Below are positions 12,101-25,036 of a stretch of 64,000 bases of DNA, piece by piece. The translations under genes were made by a program, and so were the position numbers. The notes under the pieces were generated by a model. That model did no database searches and was not told where the DNA came from. It worked only from the letters and a program-made list of their open reading frames with translations. Position 1 is the stretch's first letter. Each line of letters opens with the position of its first letter. The DNA is taken from contig NC_043019.1 in NCBI RefSeq assembly GCF_006345805.1, forward strand, positions 5,889,360 to 5,953,359. Direction: 5' to 3'. This DNA is from Octopus sinensis (Eukaryota).

Positions 12101-12239
12101 ATGTTCAGAAAGATATCAATTCAGATAAGTGACTCTGTTTCCGCTCTCCAAAAAGCGTTGTTTTGATTTTGTCAGACAAACCATTTGGTGGGTGAGGGCG
12201 ACCACACTTCACAACTCTTCAAACTGAGTGTGGGAATCG

Positions 12240-12840
12240 TTGCCTCTTTATTGTATTGTCAGGGACGGCAGATCTCAAAGGGAGATAATAACAAGACTCA
12301 GCTTAGCCTCTGCTGCAAGGACGAAGCTGAACAATATATGGAAAAGTATTTTTATTAGTTTTCCAACAAGACTCAGAGTGTACAAGACTCTGGTGACTTC
12401 GATCCTTCTGTATGGGTGCGTGGACTCTTACAGCTGACATGAATTGAAAGATCCGGGTATTTAAACACAAGCGCTTCAGAAGGCTATTACACATCCCGGA
12501 CACAAAGTACAAAATGAACAGCTTTGTCAGGCGGCAAGTCAACTGGCAGACGAGAACCAACTCCTTACGCTGGTAAAAAAGAATGGAAGTCTGCTTGGTA
12601 CGGTCAGGTATCCCGCCGCAACTCCCTGCCCAAAACCATTCTTCAGAGCACAGTCGAGGGAAAGCGAAATACAGGCAGACCTGGTTTGACAACATCAACG
12701 ACTGGACCGGTCACAACACAAAGAGCTTTAAATGCATGCCGGGGAACAAAGACCAGTGGTGATGCTGACTTTGAAAGCGTCTAGAGTGGCCCCCACCAAT
12801 GACTGTCTGCATCAGTAAAGGGATTTTGATGATAATGATG
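12240..12840 (+). mobile_element. RTE-clade LINE 3' fragment with (GAT)n-like tail
   Basis: REIITRLSLASAARTKLNNIWKS..LRVYKTLVTSILLYGC..KTILQSTVEGKR, frameshifted. Confidence 0.85.
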
Positions 12841-13139
12841 TACCAAATAAGCAGAGGAACCAGAGACGGCAAGGTGAAATTTGATGGCAATAAAATGTTG
12901 ATTACAGAAAGATTCCAATTTAGTTGTAAGACATCCAAAGAAAAAGAAGACACAAATAAATAAAAGAAAAAGGTATCACTGAAAGCCTTCAGGAAGTCTG
13001 CAATTTTGCAGGGATCATAAAAATTTAACAATAGGGGACTGACTTGAAATCATATTCAATCCATGCAAAAGGTACTGCACTTATTTCCTGGCAAATAAAT
13101 AAAGCTCTAATCTCTATCATCAATGGAAGGTATTAATAT

Positions 13140-13352
13140 TGGTTTCAAGTTTTGACACTAGGCCAGCAATGCCAGAGGGCAAGCTAAGTCGATTACATCG
13201 ACTCCAATGTTCAACTGGTATTTTATTTTATCGACCACGAAAGGATGAAAGGCAGTCGGCTCCGGCGAAATTTGAATTCAGAATGTAAAGGCGGACGAAA
13301 TGCCGTTACACATTTCGTCCGGCGTGCTAACGCTTCTGCCAACTCGCCGTCT
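13140..13352 (-). mobile_element. SINE family B2
   Basis: Head ggcgagttggcagaagcgttagcacgccgg, body and ..aaacttgaaacc tail on the minus strand. Confidence 0.85.
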
Positions 13353-13963
13353 TTATAGAAGGCATTAATTTTCCGACAGTGAATGTGTGATATTAATGTT
13401 TTTCGTAATTGTATTAACGAAATCTATAAAGGGAAGTTCCATCAACATAGTATTGAAACCGCACCGTGTTGGTTTGACTCGCTGAGACAGAACAACATTC
13501 ATTAGTATCCAAAAAGATATCTGTTTTCTGAACAAGGCATGAAAAATTTGTTGAAAAAGTGTATTATATATCCAAACAGCCGCAGTAGATCACTGGTATT
13601 TGTTTTATCAACTATGAAGAAATAAAAAGGGAAGGAGATATCTTTTGTGTTCGAACTCCAAACGGGTTGGTACCAAACCATATTTTACAAAACATCTAGC
13701 TTAGTGCGTTACTATCTCCACATATGCCTTAGAATAGTTAATGAAGAAAATGATATAAATTAATAATTATATTAACGATTTATCCGAATTTCATTTCTAA
13801 TCTTCATACACAGAACGATCAAGAGGATTTCCTTGGTGAGACCGTCTTAGTATTTTGTTAGTTGTTATTTATAAATGTAAAGGTAGGTGGTTTCACTCAT
13901 ATACCACCTGTGACCAGTCTTATTGCCAAGTAAAGACTATAATCATTGCGGAGTACTAATGTA

Positions 13964-14533
13964 TTGGGTTGTCCGGAAAGTTCGTGCCGATTTTTAAAGG
14001 AAAGAAAAAGGTCAATAAATACTTGCCATTATATTTTTAATCAACCAAATATGAACCATTTTGTTGCACAATGCGTCTCCATCTTCCCTTTAACTTGAAA
14101 ATACCCTCTTCCCAGAAGTGAGGTGGTTTCATGGCAAAGAATTCATCAACGTATCTTTTTATGTCATCCAAGGAATTGAAATTTTTACCATTAAGACTAT
14201 TCCGCAGAGACCTGAATAAGTGGAAATCCGAAGGAGCAATATCTGGTGAATATGGAGGGTGGGGTAACACATCCCAGCCGAGCTGCAGCAATTAATTTTT
14301 GTCTGGTTCCCGAAGCATCAAGTACCGAAAATGAACTTTCTTATCTTCCATTTTAAAGGGTTACAGAATTAACACAGGTTATAGGAACATAAACCTTCTT
14401 CCACGAAAAGATAGCTTAAACTGTGCTCTAAATGGAGGTGTAGTCAAATCCTATTTTATAGACTCAACCATGTTCTAAAATAAGTCGAAAGGTAAGCTAC
14501 TATAAATCGGCATGAACCTTCTGGACAACCCAA
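13964..14533 (-). mobile_element. Complete 570-bp non-autonomous mariner
   Basis: TIRs TTGGGTTGTCCGGAAAGTTCGTGCCGATTT and ATCGGCATGAACCTTCTGGACAACCCAA; TA on both sides; retains QLGWDVLPHPPYSPDIAPSDFHLFRSL..WEEGIFKLKGRW. Confidence 0.95.
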
Positions 14534-14984
14534 TAGTTAAGTAAAAACATTAAAAGTATGGTGGTAATGGAAAAGAAGATGGTCCCATTGAAAGATTGAC
14601 TAACAGACGATGATAATGGTGATAATAACTAAATTCCCTGATGTAACCCTATTTCTACTCTTTTTTTACAATATGTACGAGATCACTTGCGTAATTTACC
14701 AACATAAGAAGCAAATTTTGCCCAGCATTTGCCGACAAATTCTCATACATTTACAACAAGCGACACAACTAACATCATTGGAATATACCAACCTGCAGCA
14801 GCTAACTCAAACTCAATTTGAGAAATGAGCAATTTGGCTGGCAGCAGCATGAATGCCCAGCGCAGGGACTCTAACTGCTTATCCTGTATAACATGGATAT
14901 GCAGTCATTCAGGGATCTTGCTCAAGAAAACCTGGACTGAGGCATATTAACTTCCTTATAGTTGTGTAAGTGAAGCAAATTATA

Positions 14985-15420
14985 TTTCATCATCATTGTT
15001 CGACCGTGGTTGAGACAATGGAATTTACCATGCTACGCCAGACTTCACGGTCCATCATAGCATTACAGAGGTTCTGTTGCTGGATGCCTGTATCCCTGGA
15101 GATTACATCAGGGTAGGAGAGTGTGCGCCCTCTGGTATCGCGAGTAGATGGCTTCCAGAGGGGAAGAGTAGAAATTATCTCGTTTCCAGCTCTACAACAA
15201 TGTCCAGCAAACTGGACTCTCCTACCTTTCACAAGAGATGACACAGGTGATAGTTTCCCATATATTTGCATTTTGGTTGGATGACGCTTCCACAAGAGAT
15301 TTTGAGCTCTCATAAGGAGGCAAGTGTAGGTTTCATCCAACCACCTCTCAAGCTTTTTTGATAACGTCCAGTTTTCTGAGCCATATAGTAGAATTGGTTC
15401 GACTGTGGCTTTGAAGATAT
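14985..15420 (-). mobile_element. RTE-clade LINE 3' end
   Basis: IFKATVEPILLYGSENWTLSKKLERWLD..RRVQFAGHC..MMDREVWRSMVNSIVSTTVEQ* plus (TGA)n tail; sibling at 60212-60464. Confidence 0.9.
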
Positions 15421-15856
15421 TTTTTGAAGATTTGAAGATTTTAAGATTTTAAGATTAATTGAAGATTAATTATATTTAATCGTGTGCTGAAACCGTAGGA
15501 CAACCTCGATTCAACGGAAATATTTTAGTTTTTCGAGAATTGTTGACTTTTTATAAGAAAACAATTGATAACAATGTGGAGTTGTGCTGAATGAATATTT
15601 CGACTTTTAATTAAATATTTCAAATGTTTGTCCCTGAGAAGATCACTTCTGTTAAAATCAAAAGTAAAAATTGGAGCTGTCGCAATATTTATTTTTATTC
15701 TGCAGACAAAGTATCGATGACGGAAATATCGATGACAAGGAGCAATCGGACTCTGGCCTCGACTTTAGAATACTAACAGTTTCAGTTAGATTTTGTGGTA
15801 TTTGCTCCAATGTTGAAGATATAAAATTGAGAAATATATATTGAAAGTGAACAATT

Positions 15857-16230
15857 AGGAGTGGCTGTGTGGTAAGTAGCTTGCTTACCAACCACATGGT
15901 TCCGGGTTCAGTCCCACTGCGTGCCACCTTGGGCAAGTCTCTTCTACTATAGCCTCGGGCCGACCAAAGCCTTGTGAGTGTGAAAGAAGCCCGTCGTATA
16001 TATATATATATGTATACATATATATGTGTGTGTGTGTTTGTGTGTCTGTGTTTGTCCCCCACCCCAACATCGCTTGACAACCGATGCTGGTGTGTTTACA
16101 TCCCCGTCACAAAAGAGACGGATAGAATAAGTACTAGGCTTACAAAGAAAAGGCCTGGGGTCGATTTGCTCGACTAAAGGCGGTGTTCCAGCATGGCCAC
16201 AGTTAAATGACTGAAACAAGTAAAAGAGTA
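15857..16230 (+). mobile_element. SINE family A
   Basis: Near full-length match with small internal deletions. Confidence 0.9.
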
Positions 16231-16619
16231 ATTAGTAATTAAGTATAAAAAAATTAAAATAAAAAAGAATTTCAGAAATCGAAAAAGACTCATAAGTACA
16301 GTGTTAAGAAACAGAAGGATGTGGAAGAGAGATCAATGAACAACTGGATGAGACGCTAGTCAGGATCCTGTGGATTTAACTCAATCTACTTATTGTTATG
16401 AAATAGCTTAAATGATAAACAAAGAAAAGTGTTCACTCCGAACACATCATGCAGACGAGTGTACCGTGGAAGTCTGGCATTGCTTTGTCGATGCCTAATG
16501 GAGTTGAAATGCCTGGTTCAGACAATTTCAAGAGATCTAAACATTGCAGAGAACTAACAGAATCAGTGACCAATAACAGTGTATTAAATACTAAAACTTG
16601 TAGAAGCTCCAATCGAGAA

Positions 16620-17420
16620 TTTTAATATATTCTCTGATCGGGACTGTTTCTGCTCTAACTTTTCGAATATCTTACTGTCTTTAACACTATCCTCTTTTTC
16701 TAAGCGCCAATGATGCTTCGTGTTAAAGTGTATTTTTACATTTCAAGTTATGCTCGCAAATAGCTCTTTTAAAAAATATAAATTTTATTAGTTTTACCAA
16801 CAACTCCTTATGGTTCGCTGGAGTAAACTTTGAAAATTTCGCCCACTTCCTTTTCGTGCTAAAATATATCTTTTTATAAGCAGTTAGTTAATGCCATTTT
16901 GATTGGATTCAAAAAATAACTGGAAAAAAAAAAGGAACTAAAATCCTTCACCTGTCATATCGTGTTCGCCTGCACGAGTGATCAATGATGAGTAACTAAT
17001 CCGTTAATTTGTAGGCAACTTTTAATGAATGTGTTGTGATACGATGTACTGTATCAGTGGATATCACAGAAAAAATATAAAAATTTCAGACTAATATATT
17101 AAATTTGCGAAATTTTTTGTCAAATCTAATAACGTGTTATATAGCACGGAAATTTGTTTCAAAGTCCATCACGTGTACCATACACACGTCTTTCCTGTGC
17201 TAAATACTCTGTTAAAAAAATACAGTACTGTCACGGTTGGATTGCTTTTGATGGGATACTCTCCGTTGCACTCGACCTGTTAGATATACCAGCCAAATCT
17301 CTCTCAAATCACAGTCAATGTTAAAATGGATACTGTGTTCAATGTGATCTTCAATTGCCTGCATTTAAGAAAAAACGGGATGGTCACGGCTAGAATGCCT
17401 CTGATACTTAACTTCAATTT
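16620..17420. repeat. Unclassified dispersed repeat (inverted homologue at about 46980-47810)
   Basis: For example ccttcacctgtcatatcgtgttcgcctgcacgagtgatcaatgatgag at 16945 is the reverse complement of sequence at 47450-47500. Confidence 0.8.
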
Positions 17421-17498
17421 TCTCAACAGTATCAACACTCCACCACTATAAATTACACAGTACCACAACATATAAGACTCTATGACATTACACTAGAC

Positions 17499-17717
17499 CA
17501 GTGGTTTTCAACCAGGGTTCCGCGGAACCTTAGGGTTCCGCCAGTACAGTCCAGGGGTTCCGCAAGAAGTTACAAAACTGCTAAAATCGGCAGTAATTTT
17601 TAATTCTCCTGTGCAGATATGTGTGCATAAGACTATTAAATTATTGCACAGGGGTTCCTCGAGCCAGTGGAATGTTTCCTTGGGGTTCCGCTCCAGCAAA
17701 AAGTTTGAAAAACACTG
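17499..17717. mobile_element. hAT (Charlie-like) MITE
   Basis: TIRs CAGTGGTTTTCAA and TTGAAAAACACTG; perfect 8-bp TSD CACTAGAC at 17491-17498 and 17718-17725. Confidence 0.95.
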
Positions 17718-17949
17718 CACTAGACCATACCATACAATACTAGGCAATACAACACCACAAAATAGTTACTAAAACATTATATCAAACAGCACCACGTTAC
17801 ACAATACTACCCCACCCGAGCAAAACCGCACAACACCTCACTACTAGGCGCCATACCACTTTGCTCACGCAATATATTTTCATTGAACCAAACCATATTC
17901 TCTACACCACAACAAAGTACATTCCACTACACCAATCTTTATCGGTTTC

Positions 17950-18120
17950 GAATCTTGGCACAAGGCCAGCCATTTCGCAAGGCGGAGTAAGTCGATTAAA
18001 TCGACTCCAGCGTTCAACTGGTACTTATTTTGTGAACTCGGAAAAGATGAAAGGCAAAGTCTACTCTGACGGAGTTTGAACTCAAAATTGGAAGTTGGAC
18101 GAAATATCGCTAAGCATACA
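17950..18120 (-). mobile_element. SINE family B2, diverged
   Basis: ttggcacaaggccagc..tcgactccagcgttcaactggtacttat..gatgaaaggcaaagt. Confidence 0.75.
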
Positions 18121-18124
18121 AACA

Positions 18125-19960
18125 GTCGAGGAAAAAACCTGATAAGAGCCTGGGGCGTGCATAGGCTGGAACGTTGTCGGATAGGAATCTCTCGAGAGGC
18201 AGGTTATGAAACACACTGAGGATGGACTAAAAGCAGTTAATGGTTCAAAGCTACCAGGCAAGTATAAAATATAGTGTCTCTAGTTTGGTTTATATTCACG
18301 CCTACGTGGCCACCATTAATATACGAGTGTGGAAGCGCAATGGCCCAGTGGATAGGGCAGCGGACTCGCGGTCATAGGATCGCGGTTTCGATTCCCAGAC
18401 CGGGCGTTGTGAGTGTTTATTGAGCGAAAACACCTAAAAGCTCCACGAGGCTCCGGCAGGGGATGGTGGTGATCCCTACTGTACTCTTTCATCACAACTT
18501 TCTCTCACTCTTACTTCCTGTTTCTGTTGTACCTGTATTTCAAGGGGCCGGCCTTGTCACTCTCTGTGTCACGCTGAATATCCCCGAAAACTACGTTAAG
18601 GGTGCACGTGTCTGTGGAGTGCTCAGCCACTTACACGTTAATTTCACGAGCAGGCTGTTCCGTTGATTCGGATCAACCAGAACCCTCATCGTCGTAACCG
18701 ACGGAGTGCTTCCATAATATACGAGAAGATACTGTGACGGGTTGAAATCATTGAGAAAAAGTGTAATGTGTTCATAAGGAAATGGCTAAGTTTATCTTGT
18801 ATGATGAACAGCTAAGCTCTTTATAGCAAAAAGGGGCTCATTGCAATTAGCCCTGACGTCAGTAGTCGAAACTTATAAAGTAAGATACGTACGAACAGGA
18901 AGTTGAAGGATACAGAAATAAGGGGTTAGCCACCAGATGTAAAAACAGCCAAGAGGTGGAGAGCAGCAGAAGCAGAAACTGATGAAACCTTGTCTTCACT
19001 TAAACACTGAGGCACGGAAAGGATTTGGGTTTGGCCTCAGATCGGTTCTGACTGTTTTCAAGTATGATTCACAGCAAATAGATATTTCTTGTTAGCAATA
19101 GTATCGATGCAAGGGAAGCAGAGAGAAGAGAGCTTCATTTGATTCAAGGCTCTCGCGTATGACTGATGACAAGATGGGAGGGGCACGTAGCTGAGATAAA
19201 GATAAGCTGGAATGGAATGTGTGAGTGGAGGACATCACGACTGAGTACTTTTATTCCTTTATCTTACGATACCCTGCCGTCCCCTACAAACCTCGCGATT
19301 TGAAATGACAAATGTAGATGCAGGGAAGGTAGTAACACTGAAACGTATTCCTTCCAACTGTTCACAGGCGTTGGATAGATGTGCCTGGTGACACAATCTG
19401 GTCCTTAAGATATTCTTCAATGCTCAAAGAACCGAACTGTTCTGGGCAACAGTGGCAAGAAATCACAGAAGAAACCAAACCGAGATTTCATTGCCTTCGT
19501 GCGTCCAGGACAGCAGATTCGTTTGAAGGAATGATGAAAATGGAACGGTTATTGGGACGCGGCAGCAGATTTACCAGAGTGCAAAGGATTCTGCTCTATT
19601 CCAATTGCGAAGAAACCAGATATTATGACATAGTATGAGGAACAGAAAGAAGTAAATACGGTCGAGTTAACGGTTCCTTTTTACGATGATATGGACGTCG
19701 CTCGAACTCGAAAGATCGACCGTTATGAACATCACGAAGATTCGAAGATGCATGCTGGGATACAAAACATTATCCAATTCAACGGACGCAGGGGATTCAT
19801 TGTAAATAGTATGAGGCGATGGTTGTGTCCACTTGACCTAAATCTCAATGTGAAGGAAGCACCATCATTATTGCTATTCAAGTTACAGTGTAGAAGGCAA
19901 ACCACTGGAACTGATTGAAAAGAGACAATGACCCATTGGTCATAGGAGAATATTAAGTGA
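18125..19960 (+). mobile_element. Decayed HERO/NeSL-like RLE non-LTR retrotransposon (RT end, CCHC knuckle, restriction-like endonuclease), interrupted by SINE-C
   Basis: LPGKYK, TSVVETYKV, VKTAKRWRA, YDTLPSPTNL, TLKRIPSNCSQALDRCAW*HNLVLK, KKPDIM..ELTVPF..ARTRKIDRY..RGF; many stops. Confidence 0.75.
18328..18714 (+). mobile_element. tRNA-Arg-like SINE, family C
   Basis: Head GGCCCAGTGGATAGGGCAGCGGACTCGCGGTC..GGTTTCGATTCC; perfect 11-bp TSD TAATATACGAG at 18317-18327 and 18715-18725; may be one of the published octopus OR SINEs (unverified). Confidence 0.92.
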
Positions 19961-21144
19961 AGTCTAGTAACCAGTTGATCTAGCAAGCGGGGCTTCATCT
20001 CAGTGAGGAATGGGATGGTGCCAATAACGCCGGCGAGAGGAAGACCTCGAGACGGCACGCAATTCTTCTCTCCTATTGATCCCATAATCCTGCGAGTGAC
20101 CAGTTTTTGGTGCTTTCAATTGGTAACACTTGTATCTGCAAGTTGTTTGCAAATAAATATATTATTATTCGTGTTTTTGTTGTTTAATTCTAGTTCTTTC
20201 CTAACTCAGATGTTATGAGAAAGGGGCCATTACTATATTCCTTCTTGTTGATTTTTTAACAATTGTGTACTTCGCATCAGGGCCGGCGCTAGGAAGTGCG
20301 GGGGCCCAATTAGAGAATTGTCAGGGAGGCCCCTCAACTCTACAATCGCTGAAGATTGATGTTTTATGCTTCGTGTAGTGTGCCAGTCCCAGTGAAAAAG
20401 CGCTGAGTGCTTGAGATTGCAATATTAGCTACAATCACAGAGTTCTCCCCTCGAGCGTGTGCGCGGGACCTTCTCTTGGCGCGAAACCCAATTTGAACGA
20501 CCGACCCTCTCCTGAATTACAGTATTCAATGTTATCCTTTTAAAGACCTTTCTAAGATGTGGTTTCGAGTGGGATTTTGCTATTTACTGCTGGCCGAATG
20601 GACATTTAGAGGCTCTTTCATTTTTATAAAGTGACACACTCCACTCGTCGTAACAAGTGGGTTACATGTGAAATAAAAGATTGTTTAATTGATTTGAAGT
20701 GTTGAATTACGAGTTATTTCCTGCAAATAAACACAATCTGATTTAACGCCATCTTAGAGATTGGTAGCAACAATGGAAGTTAGTTCGCCTAATTTACGAA
20801 ATTTAAGTACAACGCCATTGATCGCCTCTGCAAGCCCCAATGACTTACTTGACCAGCAATAGCTTCTGTTGTCGTTGTAATACACTGAACATCACCACTT
20901 CAACATCCTTTAAATACTGATGACAAAAGATAAGGAGGAGTTCATTGAAGACCGAACAAACCATTTTATCTCAAGATTTCGTTTGAGTAGGCTAATAATA
21001 GACGGTGCGCGCACGTCATAGCGTGAATGGAATATGGTAATCTTCGTATGTCTAACAGTCCCTAAAAGCGAAATGATACACACACGCATACATGCACATA
21101 CACACACACACACACATCCACACACACACATAAGTATAGAGACA

Positions 21145-21166
21145 GACAGACAGAAAAGTAGATGGT

Positions 21167-21222
<56 letters not shown>

Positions 21223-21257
21223 GGGAGAGAGGGAGAGATAGAGATAGAAAGATAGGT

Positions 21258-21291
<34 letters not shown>

Positions 21292-21293
21292 GG

Positions 21294-21332
<39 letters not shown>

Positions 21333-21355
21333 GAGAGAGAGGGAGAGAGAGAGAG

Positions 21356-21432
<77 letters not shown>

Positions 21433-21434
21433 AC

Positions 21435-21509
<75 letters not shown>

Positions 21510-21550
21510 GAGATAGAGAGAGAGATAGAGAGAGGGAGAAAGAGAGAGAG
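21145..21550. repeat. (GATA)n/(GA)n compound microsatellite
   Basis: Direct. Confidence 0.95.
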
Positions 21551-22323
21551 AGATGTTTCTTTATTAACCACACAGGGCTGCACACAGACGGGACAGATTA
21601 CAAAGTAGAGCCTTTCTTTATGGGGAGAAAAGAAAAAACAAATTGGGTAGGTTTTCGATCAAAAGGGATCGTAAAAGGAAAAGAAAGAAAAAGGAAAGAA
21701 AAGAAAAAAAAAGAAATAGAAAAAAATGATCAATAGGGATCGTGTATCACAGAAATGTCATGATGTAAAGTGTAAAGGGGGAAGCAGATAGGGTTAATCC
21801 GTGGAAAGAAAAGCCTACGGAGAAGACCACGGTAACCTCGGTCAATAATGTCACATGTTAACAAAATTGTTTGCAAGTAGGTAACCCTCGCTACCAAATG
21901 CAGATTGGTGAATGCAATTATCTTCCCAATAGCAACATATGGATGCAAGACCTGGACACTAAAGAAAGCTGACCAGAAGAGAATTAATGCATTCGAGCTT
22001 TGGTGTTGGAGAAGACTTTTATGGATTCCATGGACAGCGAGGCTCACCAATGGAGAAGTTCTTAAGCAGATAAGGCCGAAAATGTCGCTAGAAGCTAGGA
22101 TCACCAAGCATAGATTGGCATATTTTGGTCATATTATGAGGAGAAAATCCCTGGAGAAGGACATCATGCTCGGAATGGTCAGTGGCAAGAGAGGAAGAGG
22201 CCGACCAAGAACCCGCTGGCTTGACTAGAATGGACATAGCCAGTCTGAAAGAAGCGGCCCAGGATAGAACTGACTGGAGGACACTGATCCAACGCGTGAC
22301 TGAGAGTCGACTTCGACTGAGCG

Positions 22324-22420
<97 letters not shown>

Positions 22421-22520
22421 GTAACCCTCTGTTTTAAATTTTTCCGGGTTCATAGGATTATGCTCAAGGTGGCTACGTCATTCATACGTGCCATCCTTGC
22501 TACATTCACCCATCTTTTTA
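21550..22520 (-). mobile_element. Tx1/L1-like LINE 3' end, split by an RTE insertion (parts 21550-21877 and 22430-22520)
   Basis: Minus strand [22 protein letters not shown] then a pyrimidine-rich UTR ending AATAAAGAAACAT; clade assignment by recollection. Confidence 0.55.
21890..22417 (+). mobile_element. RTE-BovB-like LINE 3' end with (GATA)n tail
   Basis: LVNAIIFPIATYGCKTWTLKKADQKRINAFELWCWRRLL..YFGHIMRR..GKRGRGRPRTRWLD; 12-bp TSD TAGGTAACCCTC at 21878-21889 and 22418-22429. Confidence 0.93.
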
Positions 22521-22524
22521 TAGA

Positions 22525-22670
22525 CAGACAAGAAGACAGACAGATAGACAGAGACAGATAGACAGAGAGACAGACAGGCAGGCAGACAAATAGATAGACA
22601 GACAGACAGACGGACAGACAGACAGATAGACAGGCAGACAGGCGGACAGGCAGACAGGCAGGCAGGCAGG

Positions 22671-22740
<70 letters not shown>

Positions 22741-22760
22741 AGAGATAGATAGACAGATAG
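22525..22760. repeat. (GACA)n/(GGCA)n/(GATA)n/(GA)n compound microsatellite
   Basis: Direct. Confidence 0.9.
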
Positions 22761-23259
22761 ATAGATCAACAGACAGAATACGAGTAGGAGAAATATACGT
22801 ATCGATATATTTCTGTACCCACACAACAGTCAACTATGGAATTAGAATGCAATTTTCCATTCCTCTGACGGATTTTGAATTATTCTCTTTTGTTTCTTCG
22901 ATTTTTCGACACCACCCTCTATTTTATCTTCACACGTCAAAAATACCAGCAGGCCACCTTATGATGAAGTTGTTTTAATTTTTCCTCTCTCAACCCATTA
23001 AAACACTAATTTCGTCCTTTATTGTTTTCGTATTTTGTTCTGCAATCCATATTTTGTGCTACTGCGCCACAAAAAATCTATTATTTGTCTCGTTAGTTGC
23101 AATCTGTCGGAGTTGCTAGTTAAATAAGAGTTGACAGAATCCCGACGTCAAACAAAATATTGAGCAGAATGAGTTAATGCATTTAATGGATTCGGAGATT
23201 GTTTAGATTAGAACAACTTGTTTCTGCAACGATTTCAACAAACAGCCGACGAGGAAACA

Positions 23260-23426
23260 GATACATTCATACACACACCATGCAACCTACATACATGCAT
23301 GCATACATACATACATTCACACATACATACATAAACACATATACATACATACATACATACATACATACATACATACATACATACAAACATACATACATAC
23401 ATACATACATACGTACGTACATATAT

Positions 23427-23457
<31 letters not shown>

Positions 23458-23464
23458 CATACAC

Positions 23465-23495
<31 letters not shown>

Positions 23496-23662
23496 TATAT
23501 ACATAATACATACATACATACGTACATACATACATACATACATACATACATACGTACGTACATACATACGTACGTACATACATACGTACGTACATACATA
23601 CGTACATACATACATATATACATACATACATACATACATACATACGTACATACATACATATA

Positions 23663-23696
<34 letters not shown>

Positions 23697-23989
23697 CATA
23701 CGTACGTACATACATACATACATACATATATACATACATACATACGTACGTACATGCGTACATACATCCATACATGCATACATACGTACGTACGTACATA
23801 CATACACACATATAAACATATATAACCCGTCCATACATATATAAAAACATACGTGCATGGATACAGAGATGCATATACACACACATACATACATGCACGC
23901 ACTTGTTTCTAAATATATGTTTCATGATCTATTGAGAAATAATATTTTAAGCATCTGGCTAAGTAAATATGTACACACACACACACACA

Positions 23990-24050
<61 letters not shown>
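23260..24050. repeat. Long (CATA)n/(CGTA)n tract and (CA)n
   Basis: Direct; explains ORFs 23199-24107. Confidence 0.95.
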
Positions 24051-24326
24051 GTACGCACACACCACACAGTAAATCGTGGGTGTGTAAAGTTTGGTGTACG
24101 TGTGCAAGCGCTGAGCTTAAAGCTCCAGAGATCATCATCGCCCTGTCTGCTTCAAGTATAGTAATGTTAGCGATTTAATGGCGAGTATTACTGGTTCTGA
24201 TATACTAGCAAATGCATGGTCAGAAATTATGATAAACACAGCTTTACATTATTTGTTGCCGACTTACACCAGTGAAACGTAAACAAGGAACAACATATGT
24301 AAATTTGTTTATCATAATTTCTCATA

Positions 24327-24396
<70 letters not shown>

Positions 24397-24987
24397 GAGT
24401 GAGAGAGCAGTGAATGCCATCAAAGTGACACTGGGGTAAAATATACGAAGCCCAGTATACCCATCATGACTACCCGTCTGATAAGGGTACACCAGGCACA
24501 TGCATCACAACCATATGTGCGTGACATGGTGATCCCATATCAAGGTAAACAGCGTATGACCTTGCAGGTGGGCCCAGGTAGAATTTTCTTCAGGTCGAGT
24601 AGCCCATCCTGCTCAAAAGGTCCCTGAATAAGGGTTGCTTTAAGATGTTGAACGAAACACCCATGTTTCTAGAGGTGAATTATTCAAACCTCAAAGAATC
24701 CCTCTCAACACATGGCTATGATGCTCCCCCACTACTTCTGCTCGTGATCAGAGATGCACATATCGTCAGCCACTAAGGGACATGCTCAACTGATTAAGGT
24801 CAAACAACTGACAAGCAAATCTGTGGCATTGAGCAGAATATTTGCTGTAGGCCATCTTTTGTAACAAGACAAAACAATGTACATGATAACACTTCCAATC
24901 AGTTAAGATCAGAAGCCATGAGAGCCACTGTCTGGTACTGCATCAGGGCATTATTACTGCATCAGGGCATTAGGTACTGCATCAGGG

Positions 24988-24992
<5 letters not shown>
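24397..24992. mobile_element. Fixed-end ~550-bp element embedded in (ATT)n, copy 1
   Basis: Starts gagtgagagagcag after (att)n and ends ggtactgcatcagggc(att)n; siblings at 54544 and 55803. Confidence 0.85.
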
Positions 24993-25018
<26 letters not shown>

Positions 25019-25036
25019 TTATTATTATTATTATTA

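Noticed and set aside
15706-15845. Acceptor TTTTATTCTGCAG| followed by QSIDDGNIDDKEQSDSGLDFRIL...
   Set aside because: No convincing donor, the frame ends in a stop, and no recognisable homology
16417-16625. 68-codon open frame (..MQTSVPWKSGIALSMPNGVEMPGSDNFKRSKHCRE..)
   Set aside because: No splice signals or recognisable domain; length is within chance
20278-20510. CAGGGCCGGCGC start resembling a hAT MITE
   Set aside because: The other terminus is too degraded and no TSD was found
24253-24286. TTGTT..CCGAC..ACCAGT-GAAACGTA-AACAA, hammerhead-like
   Set aside because: Core incomplete and the 5' arm of stem II is missing; at best a deleted relic
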